NCBI GenBank assembly: GCA_050951545.1
Contig: JBMNJG010000007.1
Location: forward strand, 480,001-544,000
Direction: 5' to 3'
From: Limnochordia bacterium
GTDB lineage: Bacteria; Bacillota; Limnochordia; DTU080
Length of the DNA stretch: 64,000 nt
Below are positions 38,262 through 47,065 of this stretch, piece after piece. Numbering within the stretch: position 1 is the first letter of the stretch; the number at the start of each line of letters is the position of its first letter. The translations under genes and the position numbers were made by a program. The notes beneath the pieces were generated by a model, which was not told the DNA's origin, ran no database searches, and saw nothing but the letters and a program-made list of their open reading frames with translations.

Positions 38262-40696
38262 TCGATACGACCATGGGCTCTCCGCAGATGGCGACCATGC
38301 CCGTTTCGCGCCGGCTGGTGGCTGACCCGATCGGCGGTCAGTCTGAGATGTCTCCGTTTCGGCTAGCCTTGGGCAGAGCCAGGCGGCTCTGGCAAGATGA
38401 ACCCCTCCCAGTGGTGGATGAAGGCCATGACGAGGAGATGCGTCTGGATGTAGCTGTTCTGGCGATAGTGACCATGTGGCGCGGCTATGGACGTTTGGAT
38501 ACGCCACTGCTCATCTCGTCCGAGGGGAAGCCCCTCATGGCCGAACAGGTCGGAGACGCTCTAAGTGGCCAGCAGCTGGACGCAGTGAAGCTGTCCGGGG
38601 CCGCGATGCAGATGCCAGCGCCTGAGAGACCCGCCGAAGCCTCGAAATTGGCGTTGTCCACACCTGCGGAATCAGCTGAGGCTCCAGGGTTGGAGCGGAC
38701 CCAAACGGATCCCAGGGGACCGTTAAGCCAGCCAGCTTTCGGTGGACCGCAGATCTCGCCTGAGTCTTTCTTCGGCAGAACGCGACCAGTGGTAGAAGAG
38801 GCTCAGCATGGCGCTCAGCGCGGGTCGACCGAGCCTGCACCCGGGGGTGCGCCTGTACTCCCGCAGCAGCGGTATGTAGTCACGGAGGCCAGTGCCCCGG
38901 CGCAGAGGCCAGCACCCAGGGAACCAGCCGAAGCTCCGAAATTGGCACTGCTGTCCACACCTATGCGGTACACTGTGGCCCCGGAGTCGGTGCAGTCCCA
39001 GATGGATCTCCAGGGCGTCTTAGGCCAACCAGCGCACGATGGAACGCAAGCCTTTTCTGAGCTGTTGCAGGTCGCCCAGACGTCGCAGGTCACTGATAGG
39101 CCACCGGTGGCAGAAGAAGCTCAGCGTGAAGCACCGCCTGAGCCGCTGCATTCGGCGGAGAGGCGGACTGTGGTAGAAGAGGCTCAGCATGGAGCCCGGA
39201 TTAGATCGACCGAACCTGTGCCGGGGGGTGAGTCTGTACTCCCTCAGCGGCTGAATGTAGTGACAGAAGTCGATGGTCTGCTGCAGGGGCTAGTGCTCGG
39301 GCGAGCGGCCGAGGCGGAGGCCACGTTGACTCTGGAATCAAGGCCCCCCGCCGAGGTGGAGGTTGCGTTGACGCTGGAACCAAGGCAACTCGCCGAGGCA
39401 GCGGACACTGCACCGTTATCCACATCCGGGCGACCAGTCGAAGCCCCGAAGTTGACCTCGATGCCCACGTTGCCCGCGCCTGCGGCATTAACTGAGGCTC
39501 CGCAGGTGGTGCGGACCCGGTTGGATCTCAGCGGAGCGTCAAGCCAGCCAACTCTTGGTGGAACGCGAGTCTCGCCTGAGTCGCTACAGTCTGGTGGGAC
39601 GCGACTAGTGGAAGAAGAGACTCAGCGTGAAGCACCGCTTGAGCTGCTGCATTCGGTCCAGAGGCGAACCGTGATAGAAGAGGCTCAGCATCGACCCTGG
39701 CCTGGGTCCACCGAACCTGCGCCTGGGGGTGAGTCTGAACTCCCGGAGCAGCCCAGTGTAGCATCGGTGCCCAGTGCTCCGATGCAAAGGCTAGCACCCG
39801 GGCGATCCGCCGAGGCAGCGGAGTCTGCGCTGTTGTCTACGCCTAGGGGACCAACCAAAGCCTCGGAGTTGACGCCAGTGCCAGCACCTTCCGGATCAGG
39901 CGAGGTTCCTGAGCCCGCACATGCAGCAGCAGAAGCGCGGCGGCCAGTCAGCCAGCCGACCTCTGGACGGACAGCGTGGCCCTCAGTGGCACCATCACAA
40001 GCAGAACCTGTCGTAGCCATGGAGCGGATGCTCATCGAAGAGACAGAGCCCGATACTCCGGGGCTACTCAGGCCGACGGATGGACCTGCGCGACGCCAGC
40101 CTATGGACCGGGGCCAACAGGTGCCAGCAGGCGCGGTGGCTGATCCGCCCCAGGAAGCGCAGCTAATTCTGTCAGCTGAGGCGGTTCACATTCAGGAGGA
40201 CGGGCCGCCGCAGCAATGGGGTGTGTTGGCAGAGCACGTACATGCGGCAGTGACGCAAGAGGGAAGCGCCGCCATGGTGCGCCTATGCGTAGAGCCTGAG
40301 GCCTTGGGAGAAGTGCATGTGGAGGTGGTGTTAGACGAAGACCAGCGCTTAAGTGCTCGGTTCCTCACCGCCAGTGCGGGTGCTAAGAGACTGCTTGAGT
40401 CAGGTCTTCCTCACCTGCGACACAGATTGCAGGCAGAAGGGTTGGCGCTGTGTGAGGTTTCCTTTCAGGTCATCGCCGATTCCGAAGGCGTGCCAGCAAC
40501 GCCAGGTCTCTTGACGGGTTTCCAGGCGGGTGCTCAGGGAGGCGGGGGAAAAACTGGTCAAGGATGGAGTAGCTATATGGCCAGCAGCGCCGCGGTGGTC
40601 AGCCGACCAGCTCGCAGTGAGCAAAAGGCAACTTCGCGCCGAGTGGCGCCTCTGTACCAGATAGGAGACAGCACCAGAGTAGATATCCGAGTCTAG
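38258..40696 (+). CDS. fliK: Hook-length control protein FliK, repeat-expanded (812 aa)
   Basis: C-terminal FliK domain (VEPEALGEVHVEV...LLESGLPHLRHRLQAEGL); Pro/Ala/Glu-rich N-region; upstream of flgD. Confidence 0.85.
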   Translation: MIDTTMGSPQMATMPVSRRLVADPIGGQSEMSPFRLALGRARRLWQDEPLPVVDEGHDEEMRLDVAVLAIVTMWRGYGRLDTPLLISSEGKPLMAEQVGDALSGQQLDAVKLSGAAMQMPAPERPAEASKLALSTPAESAEAPGLERTQTDPRGPLSQPAFGGPQISPESFFGRTRPVVEEAQHGAQRGSTEPAPGGAPVLPQQRYVVTEASAPAQRPAPREPAEAPKLALLSTPMRYTVAPESVQSQMDLQGVLGQPAHDGTQAFSELLQVAQTSQVTDRPPVAEEAQREAPPEPLHSAERRTVVEEAQHGARIRSTEPVPGGESVLPQRLNVVTEVDGLLQGLVLGRAAEAEATLTLESRPPAEVEVALTLEPRQLAEAADTAPLSTSGRPVEAPKLTSMPTLPAPAALTEAPQVVRTRLDLSGASSQPTLGGTRVSPESLQSGGTRLVEEETQREAPLELLHSVQRRTVIEEAQHRPWPGSTEPAPGGESELPEQPSVASVPSAPMQRLAPGRSAEAAESALLSTPRGPTKASELTPVPAPSGSGEVPEPAHAAAEARRPVSQPTSGRTAWPSVAPSQAEPVVAMERMLIEETEPDTPGLLRPTDGPARRQPMDRGQQVPAGAVADPPQEAQLILSAEAVHIQEDGPPQQWGVLAEHVHAAVTQEGSAAMVRLCVEPEALGEVHVEVVLDEDQRLSARFLTASAGAKRLLESGLPHLRHRLQAEGLALCEVSFQVIADSEGVPATPGLLTGFQAGAQGGGGKTGQGWSSYMASSAAVVSRPARSEQKATSRRVAPLYQIGDSTRVDIRV
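38620..39975 (+). repeat. Degenerate in-frame tandem repeats within fliK (3-4 units)
   Basis: TAGAAGAGGCTCAGCAT at 38793, 39174 and 39675; repeated EEAQH..STEP.PGG..LP and P.EA.KL peptides. Confidence 0.85.
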
Positions 40697-40731
40697 TGTC
40701 GTTCGCGACGCGTCAGAGGGGGTGAGACAAG

Positions 40732-41154
40732 ATGAGCAGTGTGGGTAGGACAACGAGCACTACGCAGACTGGTTGGGGTGAGCAGAGCACGCCTACGGGT
40801 AACGCTGTCTTGGGGCATGACGATTTCCTGACCCTATTGATCACGCAGCTGAAGCATCAGGATCCTATTGCACCGATGAAGGATCAGGAGTTTGCGGCGC
40901 AGATGGCTCAGTTTAGTACTCTGGAGGGCATACAAAACCTCAATAGTCAGTTTCAGCGCTTCGTGGAGTTGCAGGAATGGTCTTCCCAGATGGCACAGGC
41001 CGCCAGTCTGATTGGCCGGACTGTCGATCTGGAAGCTGATGAAGCAGTCGTGACGGGTCAGGTGAGCGCGGTGCGTGTCGGAGATGGAGCCGTGAAGCTG
41101 GTCGTTGGCGGCGTTGAGTACGCGATGGGAGCCCTCAAGGAAGTGCGGGCCTAG
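40732..41154 (+). CDS. flgD: Hook capping protein FlgD (short form)
   Basis: DFLTLLITQLKHQDPIAPM and FAAQMAQFSTLE. Confidence 0.93.
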   Translation: MSSVGRTTSTTQTGWGEQSTPTGNAVLGHDDFLTLLITQLKHQDPIAPMKDQEFAAQMAQFSTLEGIQNLNSQFQRFVELQEWSSQMAQAASLIGRTVDLEADEAVVTGQVSAVRVGDGAVKLVVGGVEYAMGALKEVRA

Positions 41155-41164
41155 GAGGTGTGAC

Positions 41165-41548
41165 ATGCGCAAGATCTCCGGGGATGGTGGTCCATCCATA
41201 GATCCAATACGTCAGGGAACTCGCCCATTGCAGCAGCCTGCAGGGCAAGACGTGCGCTTTTCTGATCTGTTGAGCCGACAGATGCAGCAACAGGCGGCAG
41301 TGAGATTCTCAGCGCACGCAGCCAAGCGCTTGGCTGAATCGCGTGTCGCCCTGGATACTGCTCAGGTTGAGCGACTGGAAGATGCTGTGCAGAAGGCGGC
41401 AGCAAAGGGAGCACGAGAGTCATTGATTCTCATGGACAACCTGGCTCTCGTAGTGAGTATCCGTAACCGTACTGTGATCACGGCAGTGGATGGCGAGCGC
41501 ATGAAGCAGAGCGTGTTCACGAACATCGATAGCGCAGTGATCACTTGA
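41165..41548 (+). CDS. TIGR02530-type flagellar operon protein of unknown function
   Basis: FSAHAAKRL, KAAAKGARESLILM, NRTVITAVD and VFTNIDSAVI; lies between flgD and flgE. Confidence 0.88.
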   Translation: MRKISGDGGPSIDPIRQGTRPLQQPAGQDVRFSDLLSRQMQQQAAVRFSAHAAKRLAESRVALDTAQVERLEDAVQKAAAKGARESLILMDNLALVVSIRNRTVITAVDGERMKQSVFTNIDSAVIT

Positions 41549-41601
41549 TGGGCTGGACCCCTTGGGGAGGCCCAGCGGCGCCGAAACGACAGAAGCGCCG
41601 C
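41549..41601 (+). promoter_or_regulatory. Candidate cis-regulatory two-hairpin RNA, copy 1 (flgE leader)
   Basis: TGGGCT-GGA-CCCCTTGGGG-A-GGCCCA, then GCGGCGC-CGAAACGACAGAA-GCGCCGC; second copy at 59042. Confidence 0.7.
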
Positions 41602-41630
41602 GCCAGTGCTTTGCATGAGGAGGGGTTAAC

Positions 41631-42842
41631 ATGATGCGGTCGTTGTTTTCGGGATTGGCAGGGATGCGTACCCAGCAGCAATTCATGGATGTCATCGGCA
41701 ATAACATTGCCAATGTCAACACCGCGGGCTACAAGGCTGGGCGAGTCACCTTCGAGGATCTGCTATATGAATCGATACGTGCGGCGAGCGATGAGACCAA
41801 TCCGGTACAGGTGGGCGGGGGAGCGCGGGTGAGTAGCATTGACACGATTTTCCGGCAAGGGCACCCTCAGTCCACGGGTAACCAACATGATCTGGCGATC
41901 TCGGGTGACGGGTTCCTCGTGGTACAGACGGCCGAGGGGCAGGGCTACACCCGAGCGGGTGTGCTCAGCTTCAACACGGAAGGCTATCTCGTGCACACAG
42001 CCACTGGTAACCGCGTCATGGGATGGACGGCAGATCGTAACGGCAACGTACAGCCGGGCAGGGCCCTGAAAGAACTGCGCGCTGCTCCCGGCACGCGGGC
42101 TGAGGCCGCAGCTAGCACAGGCGTGACTTTCGAAGGCCTGTTTGATGCCCGTCTGCCCTTGGGCTCCACGGTCACGAGCGATATCACCGTTATAGATCCC
42201 CTAGGGGATAGTCGTTCGCTGGTCATCACTTTTGCTCGCGACACCACTACTGATTGGAGCTGGACCGTACCGCATCCTGTGGCTGGTCAAGGCCAACTGG
42301 CTTCCGGTACCGTTACCTTTGATGCCTTGGGGCGGGTGAGCGCGGCGACTGCGGTGTCTGATCCGATCACTCTGGACATGCAAGATGGAATCACGCCACC
42401 CTTGGACTTCACACTCGATTTCACTGTCTGCGAGCTGAGCGGTGGCGAGACAAAGGTCTCTGGGCAGCAGGTCGGAGGAATAGCCGCAGGTACTCTCAAG
42501 GAAGTGGCCATAGACGAGAGCGGGCACTTGATCGGTGTTTTCTCCAATGGTGTCAACCGGGTCTTGGGTCAGCTCGCCCTGGCCACCTTTGTCAACCCCG
42601 AAGGGCTGCAGCGGGTCTCTGGCAATCTATTCGCAGAGACGCTGAGTTCAGGTGGTGCTGATACCCGAGCTCCGGGCAAAGACCGGGGGACGCTGAACCC
42701 TGGCTACCTGGAAATGAGCAATGTCGATCTTACGCAGGAGTTCGCCTCCATGATTCTGAGTCAGAGGGCTTTTCAGGCGAACTCGCGACTGATTACAGCT
42801 GCCGACGAGCTATTGCAGGAAGTGATCAATCTGAGGCGATAA
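41631..42842 (+). CDS. flgE: Flagellar hook protein FlgE
   Basis: MDVIGNNIANVNTAGYK and LEMSNVDLTQEF; 403 aa with hook D2 region. Confidence 0.93.
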   Translation: MMRSLFSGLAGMRTQQQFMDVIGNNIANVNTAGYKAGRVTFEDLLYESIRAASDETNPVQVGGGARVSSIDTIFRQGHPQSTGNQHDLAISGDGFLVVQTAEGQGYTRAGVLSFNTEGYLVHTATGNRVMGWTADRNGNVQPGRALKELRAAPGTRAEAAASTGVTFEGLFDARLPLGSTVTSDITVIDPLGDSRSLVITFARDTTTDWSWTVPHPVAGQGQLASGTVTFDALGRVSAATAVSDPITLDMQDGITPPLDFTLDFTVCELSGGETKVSGQQVGGIAAGTLKEVAIDESGHLIGVFSNGVNRVLGQLALATFVNPEGLQRVSGNLFAETLSSGGADTRAPGKDRGTLNPGYLEMSNVDLTQEFASMILSQRAFQANSRLITAADELLQEVINLRR

Positions 42843-42848
42843 CGCCTC

Positions 42849-43697
42849 GTGAGTATACCTTTACGAGGACTGGAGGGTGCGCATATGGAGATGGGCAGTC
42901 TTGCGGGTTTATTGCTTGGCGTGATCGCTTTGTCGGCAGCGATCATGACTGGGGGACATGGCCTACGCGGCTTTCTCGATCCCGTATCGGCCCTCCTTGT
43001 CGCGGGTTGCACTCTGGCGGCTACGCTGATCAACTACCCCCGCGCCCAGATTACGCAGGCGATGCGCGATGCGGCTGGGGTGTTTCAGTCTCGGCGCCAG
43101 TCACGGGCGCAGATTGCTAATCTGTTAGCTACGCTGAGCCAGCAAGCCAAACGTGAGGGTGTACTGGCCCTGGAGACTGAGATTGGCGAGTTGCCCCTTG
43201 GCATCCTGCGTCGCGGGATCCAGCGCGTTGTGGACGGCACGGTACCTGACGCTCTGGCAGAGTATCTGGAACTCGAGATCGACATGATCGAGGAGCAGGC
43301 GGCTAGATCCATAGAGGTCTTGACCTCGATGGCGGGTTACTTCCCGGCCTTTGGCATGATCGGGACGGTGGTCGGCTTGGTCAAGATGCTGTTGACCATG
43401 AAAGATCCCAGCTCCTTAGGAGCGTCAATGGGCCTGGCACTCGTCACCACCTTCTACGGCGCGGCCATGGCTAATCTGGTATGCCTCCCTATCGCAGGTC
43501 GTCTTCAGAGCCGCTGTGATGACGATCTGCTCTTGGGGCGCATGGTAGCGAGAGGTGTGATGGCTATCTCAGCCGGTGAGAATCCTTCAATCATCGAGGA
43601 GACGCTGAGCGTATTCGATCTATCTGTTGGAGACGCGGGCCAATTGAACGAGGAACAGTACGAGCCGGACGCGGCCATGAAAGCAGGGGTGCAGTAG
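42849..43697 (+). CDS. motA: Stator A subunit (MotA/PomA/MotP)
   Basis: AKREGVLALE, PAFGMIGTVVGLV and ALVTTFYG. Confidence 0.92.
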   Translation: MSIPLRGLEGAHMEMGSLAGLLLGVIALSAAIMTGGHGLRGFLDPVSALLVAGCTLAATLINYPRAQITQAMRDAAGVFQSRRQSRAQIANLLATLSQQAKREGVLALETEIGELPLGILRRGIQRVVDGTVPDALAEYLELEIDMIEEQAARSIEVLTSMAGYFPAFGMIGTVVGLVKMLLTMKDPSSLGASMGLALVTTFYGAAMANLVCLPIAGRLQSRCDDDLLLGRMVARGVMAISAGENPSIIEETLSVFDLSVGDAGQLNEEQYEPDAAMKAGVQ

Positions 43698-44429
43698 ATG
43701 CGTCGGCGTAGATCAGCAGACAAGCCTGGCTCTCCCTTGTGGATGACGACCTATGCCGATATGGTGACCAATCTACTGGCTCTGTTTGTGCTGCTCTATG
43801 CGTTTTCGGAGCTGGATGTGCAGAGGTTCCAGTCGATCATTACGTCTTTTCAAGCCCATGCGGGTGTGCTGAGTGGCAGCCTGGTCGTCGGCGAGCCGGA
43901 TGCCAGAGTTGTACCGACCGATCGACGGGGCAGGGACGAGATCGTGTTGCTTCTTGAGCAGTGGGTGCACCGCGAAAACCTGGCAGGCGCAGTGGAGATC
44001 GTCCCTTCGCAAGAGGGCGTGACACTGAGCTTCATTGACCGAGTGCTCTTTGATTCGGGCAAGGCCGATCTGCGCCCAGATTCGCGTCGGATTCTCGCCA
44101 GTTTGGGTGAGCTTCTGAGTGGTCTAGACAACCAGGTGCGCATCGAGGGGCATACCGACAATGTACCAATCAGTAACGCACAATTCCCCTCCAACTGGGA
44201 GCTGTCGGTCTACCGAGCTTCGACGGTGGTGCGTTTTCTGGAGGATGCCGCTGTAATAAGCTCTGAACGGCTGTCTGCGGTTGGCTATGGCGAGTACCGA
44301 CCAGTCATGTCGAACAAGACGGCTGCAGAAAGGCGGCGCAATCGGCGGGTTGATGTTATTGTGCTGGTCGATGTCTCTGACGCACTACCTACCGAAGCCA
44401 CACAGACGAAAAGAGAGGACGACACCTAA
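43698..44429 (+). CDS. motB: Stator B subunit (MotB/PomB/MotS) with OmpA-like domain
   Basis: WMTTYADM TM, IEGHTDN, SNWELS and NRRVDV. Confidence 0.92.
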   Translation: MRRRRSADKPGSPLWMTTYADMVTNLLALFVLLYAFSELDVQRFQSIITSFQAHAGVLSGSLVVGEPDARVVPTDRRGRDEIVLLLEQWVHRENLAGAVEIVPSQEGVTLSFIDRVLFDSGKADLRPDSRRILASLGELLSGLDNQVRIEGHTDNVPISNAQFPSNWELSVYRASTVVRFLEDAAVISSERLSAVGYGEYRPVMSNKTAAERRRNRRVDVIVLVDVSDALPTEATQTKREDDT

Positions 44430-44435
44430 CCTACC

Positions 44436-44867
44436 ATGCCGAAAAGACGCAGTTTCTTCTTCTGGGCCGCCGTCGTGTTCATAGTGGCTGCTATGGCGGG
44501 TGCCTATGGGACCACGCGCCTGTTAGGGGCTGAGGGGCACCAACGTACGGAGGCAAAGAAAGGGCCAATGTTTGAGGTCGGAGTGTTCACGGTGGATCTA
44601 GAGCCTGAGGGGCGTAGCCTCGGTCGGTTACTGCGCGTAGCGGTGGTGTTAGAGGCCTCCTCGGCCCAAGCGCTACGGCGGATAGAGGGACGTAGCGCTG
44701 AGGTGAAGCACGCTATTGTCTCCGTTTTGCGCGGTCGCGGTGCCTCTTCACTGACCGGACAGAAGGGCATGACTTCGCTGCAAACAGAGATTCGGGACTC
44801 TCTGAATGCTGTTATTGGCGATGGCGTGGTCACCGATGTCTACTTTCCAGAATTCGTGATGCAGTGA
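44436..44867 (+). CDS. fliL: Flagellar basal-body protein FliL
   Basis: N-terminal TM, FTVDL and VTDVYFPEFVMQ. Confidence 0.9.
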   Translation: MPKRRSFFFWAAVVFIVAAMAGAYGTTRLLGAEGHQRTEAKKGPMFEVGVFTVDLEPEGRSLGRLLRVAVVLEASSAQALRRIEGRSAEVKHAIVSVLRGRGASSLTGQKGMTSLQTEIRDSLNAVIGDGVVTDVYFPEFVMQ

Positions 44868-44891
44868 GTTTCCTGTGGTGGTGAGGTAGTA

Positions 44892-45893
44892 ATGGCAGGT
44901 GCATCGACGCGCTTGACGCCTGAGGAGATCAGTCTCTTGCTTGGCGCGAGGGGGACGATCATCGCTGATTCAAGCGACGCAGCGGGCGCCACGCCCTTTG
45001 ATTTCCGCCGGCAAGAGAAGATGTCCAAAGAAAACGAACAGGGGCTACGGCTGGTGCAGGGTAGTTTCGCTCGCCACCTGGCAGGTTCGTTATCGACGCT
45101 GTTGCGCAGTGTCGTTCGTGTGGAGATGAAAGAGCTGATGGAGGGTTCCTATGAGGCATTCACCTCTGATCTCCCAGGGACATGTCTGATGGCGGTGTGC
45201 AGTCTGTCGCCCCTGGAGGGCAAGATTCTCTTTGTCCTAGATCCGGAGCTGTGTCTGGTCTTAGTGGATCGGCTCATGGGAGGTCAGGGGGATGCACCGG
45301 GGCACGTGCGCGAACTCACTGAGATCGAAACGGTGCTGCTCCGTAGGGTTGTAGAGCGCATGCTGGGCTGCCTTCAGGAGGCCCTGGGCAGCATAGTCAC
45401 CGTCAAACCAGCTATTGACCAGATGGAGACCAGCCCTCACTTTGTGCAGTTGGCTTCAGGCTCCGACGCTGCTGTAGTATCCACGTTCTCTATGTCAGTG
45501 CGGACCGCCGAGGGCAAGGTTAGCCTGTGCATGCCCTACCACATGCTCAAGCCCATTATCCCTCGCTTGCACGAGCATTTCTGGTTTCGGGATCACGACA
45601 AGCCCGTTGACGGGAATGCTGAGTCACCGCAGACGCGGGAGCATGTACTTCATACCCCCGTCGAACTACGGGCAGTGCTCGGAGAGGCTCGGATCTCTGT
45701 CGCGGAACTGATCGATCTGCAGCGGGGGGATTGCATAGTGCTCGATAGGCAAGAGGCTGGGGAGCTACCGTTGTTGGTGGCTGGCAAGGATCGCTTGTGG
45801 GGGCGTCTGGGTGTGGCTGGGCGCTCATATGCGGTCGTTGTGACACGTTGGCAGGACGACCCACCTATAGGAAGCGAGGACGAACAGACATGA
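44892..45893 (+). CDS. fliM: Motor switch protein FliM
   Basis: FDFRRQEK, LMGGQG, RELTEIE and C-terminal SpoA domain. Confidence 0.92.
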   Translation: MAGASTRLTPEEISLLLGARGTIIADSSDAAGATPFDFRRQEKMSKENEQGLRLVQGSFARHLAGSLSTLLRSVVRVEMKELMEGSYEAFTSDLPGTCLMAVCSLSPLEGKILFVLDPELCLVLVDRLMGGQGDAPGHVRELTEIETVLLRRVVERMLGCLQEALGSIVTVKPAIDQMETSPHFVQLASGSDAAVVSTFSMSVRTAEGKVSLCMPYHMLKPIIPRLHEHFWFRDHDKPVDGNAESPQTREHVLHTPVELRAVLGEARISVAELIDLQRGDCIVLDRQEAGELPLLVAGKDRLWGRLGVAGRSYAVVVTRWQDDPPIGSEDEQT

Positions 45894-46474
45894 CAGCATC
45901 TGAGAGCACTTTGGTGGCCCACTGGCAGCCTTCGGCCCAGGCAGTTGTCGAGCAGCTGACGGATCTTTTCGGCGCCCGGCTAGTGATGGGTGAAGCCGAT
46001 GTTGCGGCGGGCTCTTGGGGCGAGTTGACGAGGCAGTTGCCTGTGAGTGCTACTGTAGTGGAGGTCATTCTTGATGGAGCGCACCAGGGTTCCTTGTCTA
46101 TCGTGTGGGCGGTGAGCGATACGAGCGGCCCGGCCTCGTGGCTGGGTCATTCCAGCGTGCGTGAGGGTCTTTGGGAGGCCATCTCCTCGGGCATCTCTCT
46201 AGGTTTTGGGGGCGGTGTCACTGTCGTGCCGAGCGGTGACCCGTGGAGCATATCTGATGGCAAGGTGCCTGCCAGAGCCGACGAGACCAATCTGCTGGTG
46301 GCTTGGGAAGCAGGCGGTGATGGCGTTTCACTTTATCTCGGTTTCGTCTTGCAGCAGTCTGCAGCGCGCGAGACGCAGGAGCCGGAGTCTTCTGAACCTG
46401 CACGCAAGGTGCCGACGCGGCCAGCACGGCTGCCTGCTCTGAAAGCTGAGCCCGCAGAGAGGCGATCGCCGTGA
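45890..46474 (+). CDS. Degenerate FliY-like N-terminal region, likely frameshift-separated from the FliN domain
   Basis: Overlaps fliM stop (ATGA); ends in linker-like VPTRPARLPAL; no E-x-x-N phosphatase motif seen. Confidence 0.55.
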   Translation: MTASESTLVAHWQPSAQAVVEQLTDLFGARLVMGEADVAAGSWGELTRQLPVSATVVEVILDGAHQGSLSIVWAVSDTSGPASWLGHSSVREGLWEAISSGISLGFGGGVTVVPSGDPWSISDGKVPARADETNLLVAWEAGGDGVSLYLGFVLQQSAARETQEPESSEPARKVPTRPARLPALKAEPAERRSP

Positions 46475-46487
46475 TCTGGCACTGATC

Positions 46488-46736
46488 ATGGACTTGCCGC
46501 TGCGGCTCACAGTAGAGATCGGAAGAACGCAACTGCTGATCAAGGATGTGCTGGCCCTAGGAAAAGGATCCGTGGTGGAGCTTAATCGCCTGGCAGGTGA
46601 GCCAGTGGATGTCTTAGTGAACGGCAGGCTGCTGGCCAAGGGCGAGGTCGTGGTACTTCCTGACGGTAACTTTGGAGTGCGTATGGTAGAGATCTCAGGC
46701 TCCAGTGATCGCCTGAGAAGTCTGCAGGACGAGTGA
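46488..46736 (+). CDS. fliN: FliN (SpoA) domain
   Basis: MDLPLRLTVEIGRT, ELNRLAGEPVDVLVNG and GEVVV; homology extends upstream as RDLALI. Confidence 0.9.
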   Translation: MDLPLRLTVEIGRTQLLIKDVLALGKGSVVELNRLAGEPVDVLVNGRLLAKGEVVVLPDGNFGVRMVEISGSSDRLRSLQDE

Positions 46737-47065
46737 CTATGGAGACGATGACGTTTGTTAAGGTCCTGCTGTTCATGGCCTGCCTGCTGATCGCCGCACG
46801 TCTGGTGCTTGTCTTGCATGAGCGCGGCTGGCTAACCAGCAAGAGAGTGCGTCATCTGCGGCTGCTGGACTCCCTGCAGCTGGGGCCAGAGCGCTCAGTG
46901 CACGTGGTAGAAGTGGATGACCGGCGCCTTGTGTTGGGCGCCAGTCGGGGCGCGATCACCGTCCTCTTGCAGATGCCAGCTGCAGCAGAGCCGCAGCTGG
47001 GCTGTGAACCGTTACCGCACAGGGAGGTGGATCCGAGTGCAACGACCATTCCTCCGGGGGCGTGA
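46733..47065 (+). CDS. fliO: Flagellar biosynthesis protein FliO/FliZ
   Basis: TM followed by LLDSLQLGPERSVHVVEV..RRLVLG. Confidence 0.85.
   Translation: MTMETMTFVKVLLFMACLLIAARLVLVLHERGWLTSKRVRHLRLLDSLQLGPERSVHVVEVDDRRLVLGASRGAITVLLQMPAAAEPQLGCEPLPHREVDPSATTIPPGA

Noticed and set aside
38620-39975. fliK repeats as a CRISPR array or mobile element
   Set aside because: Degenerate, in frame, irregularly spaced by hundreds of bp, with no cas or transposase genes.
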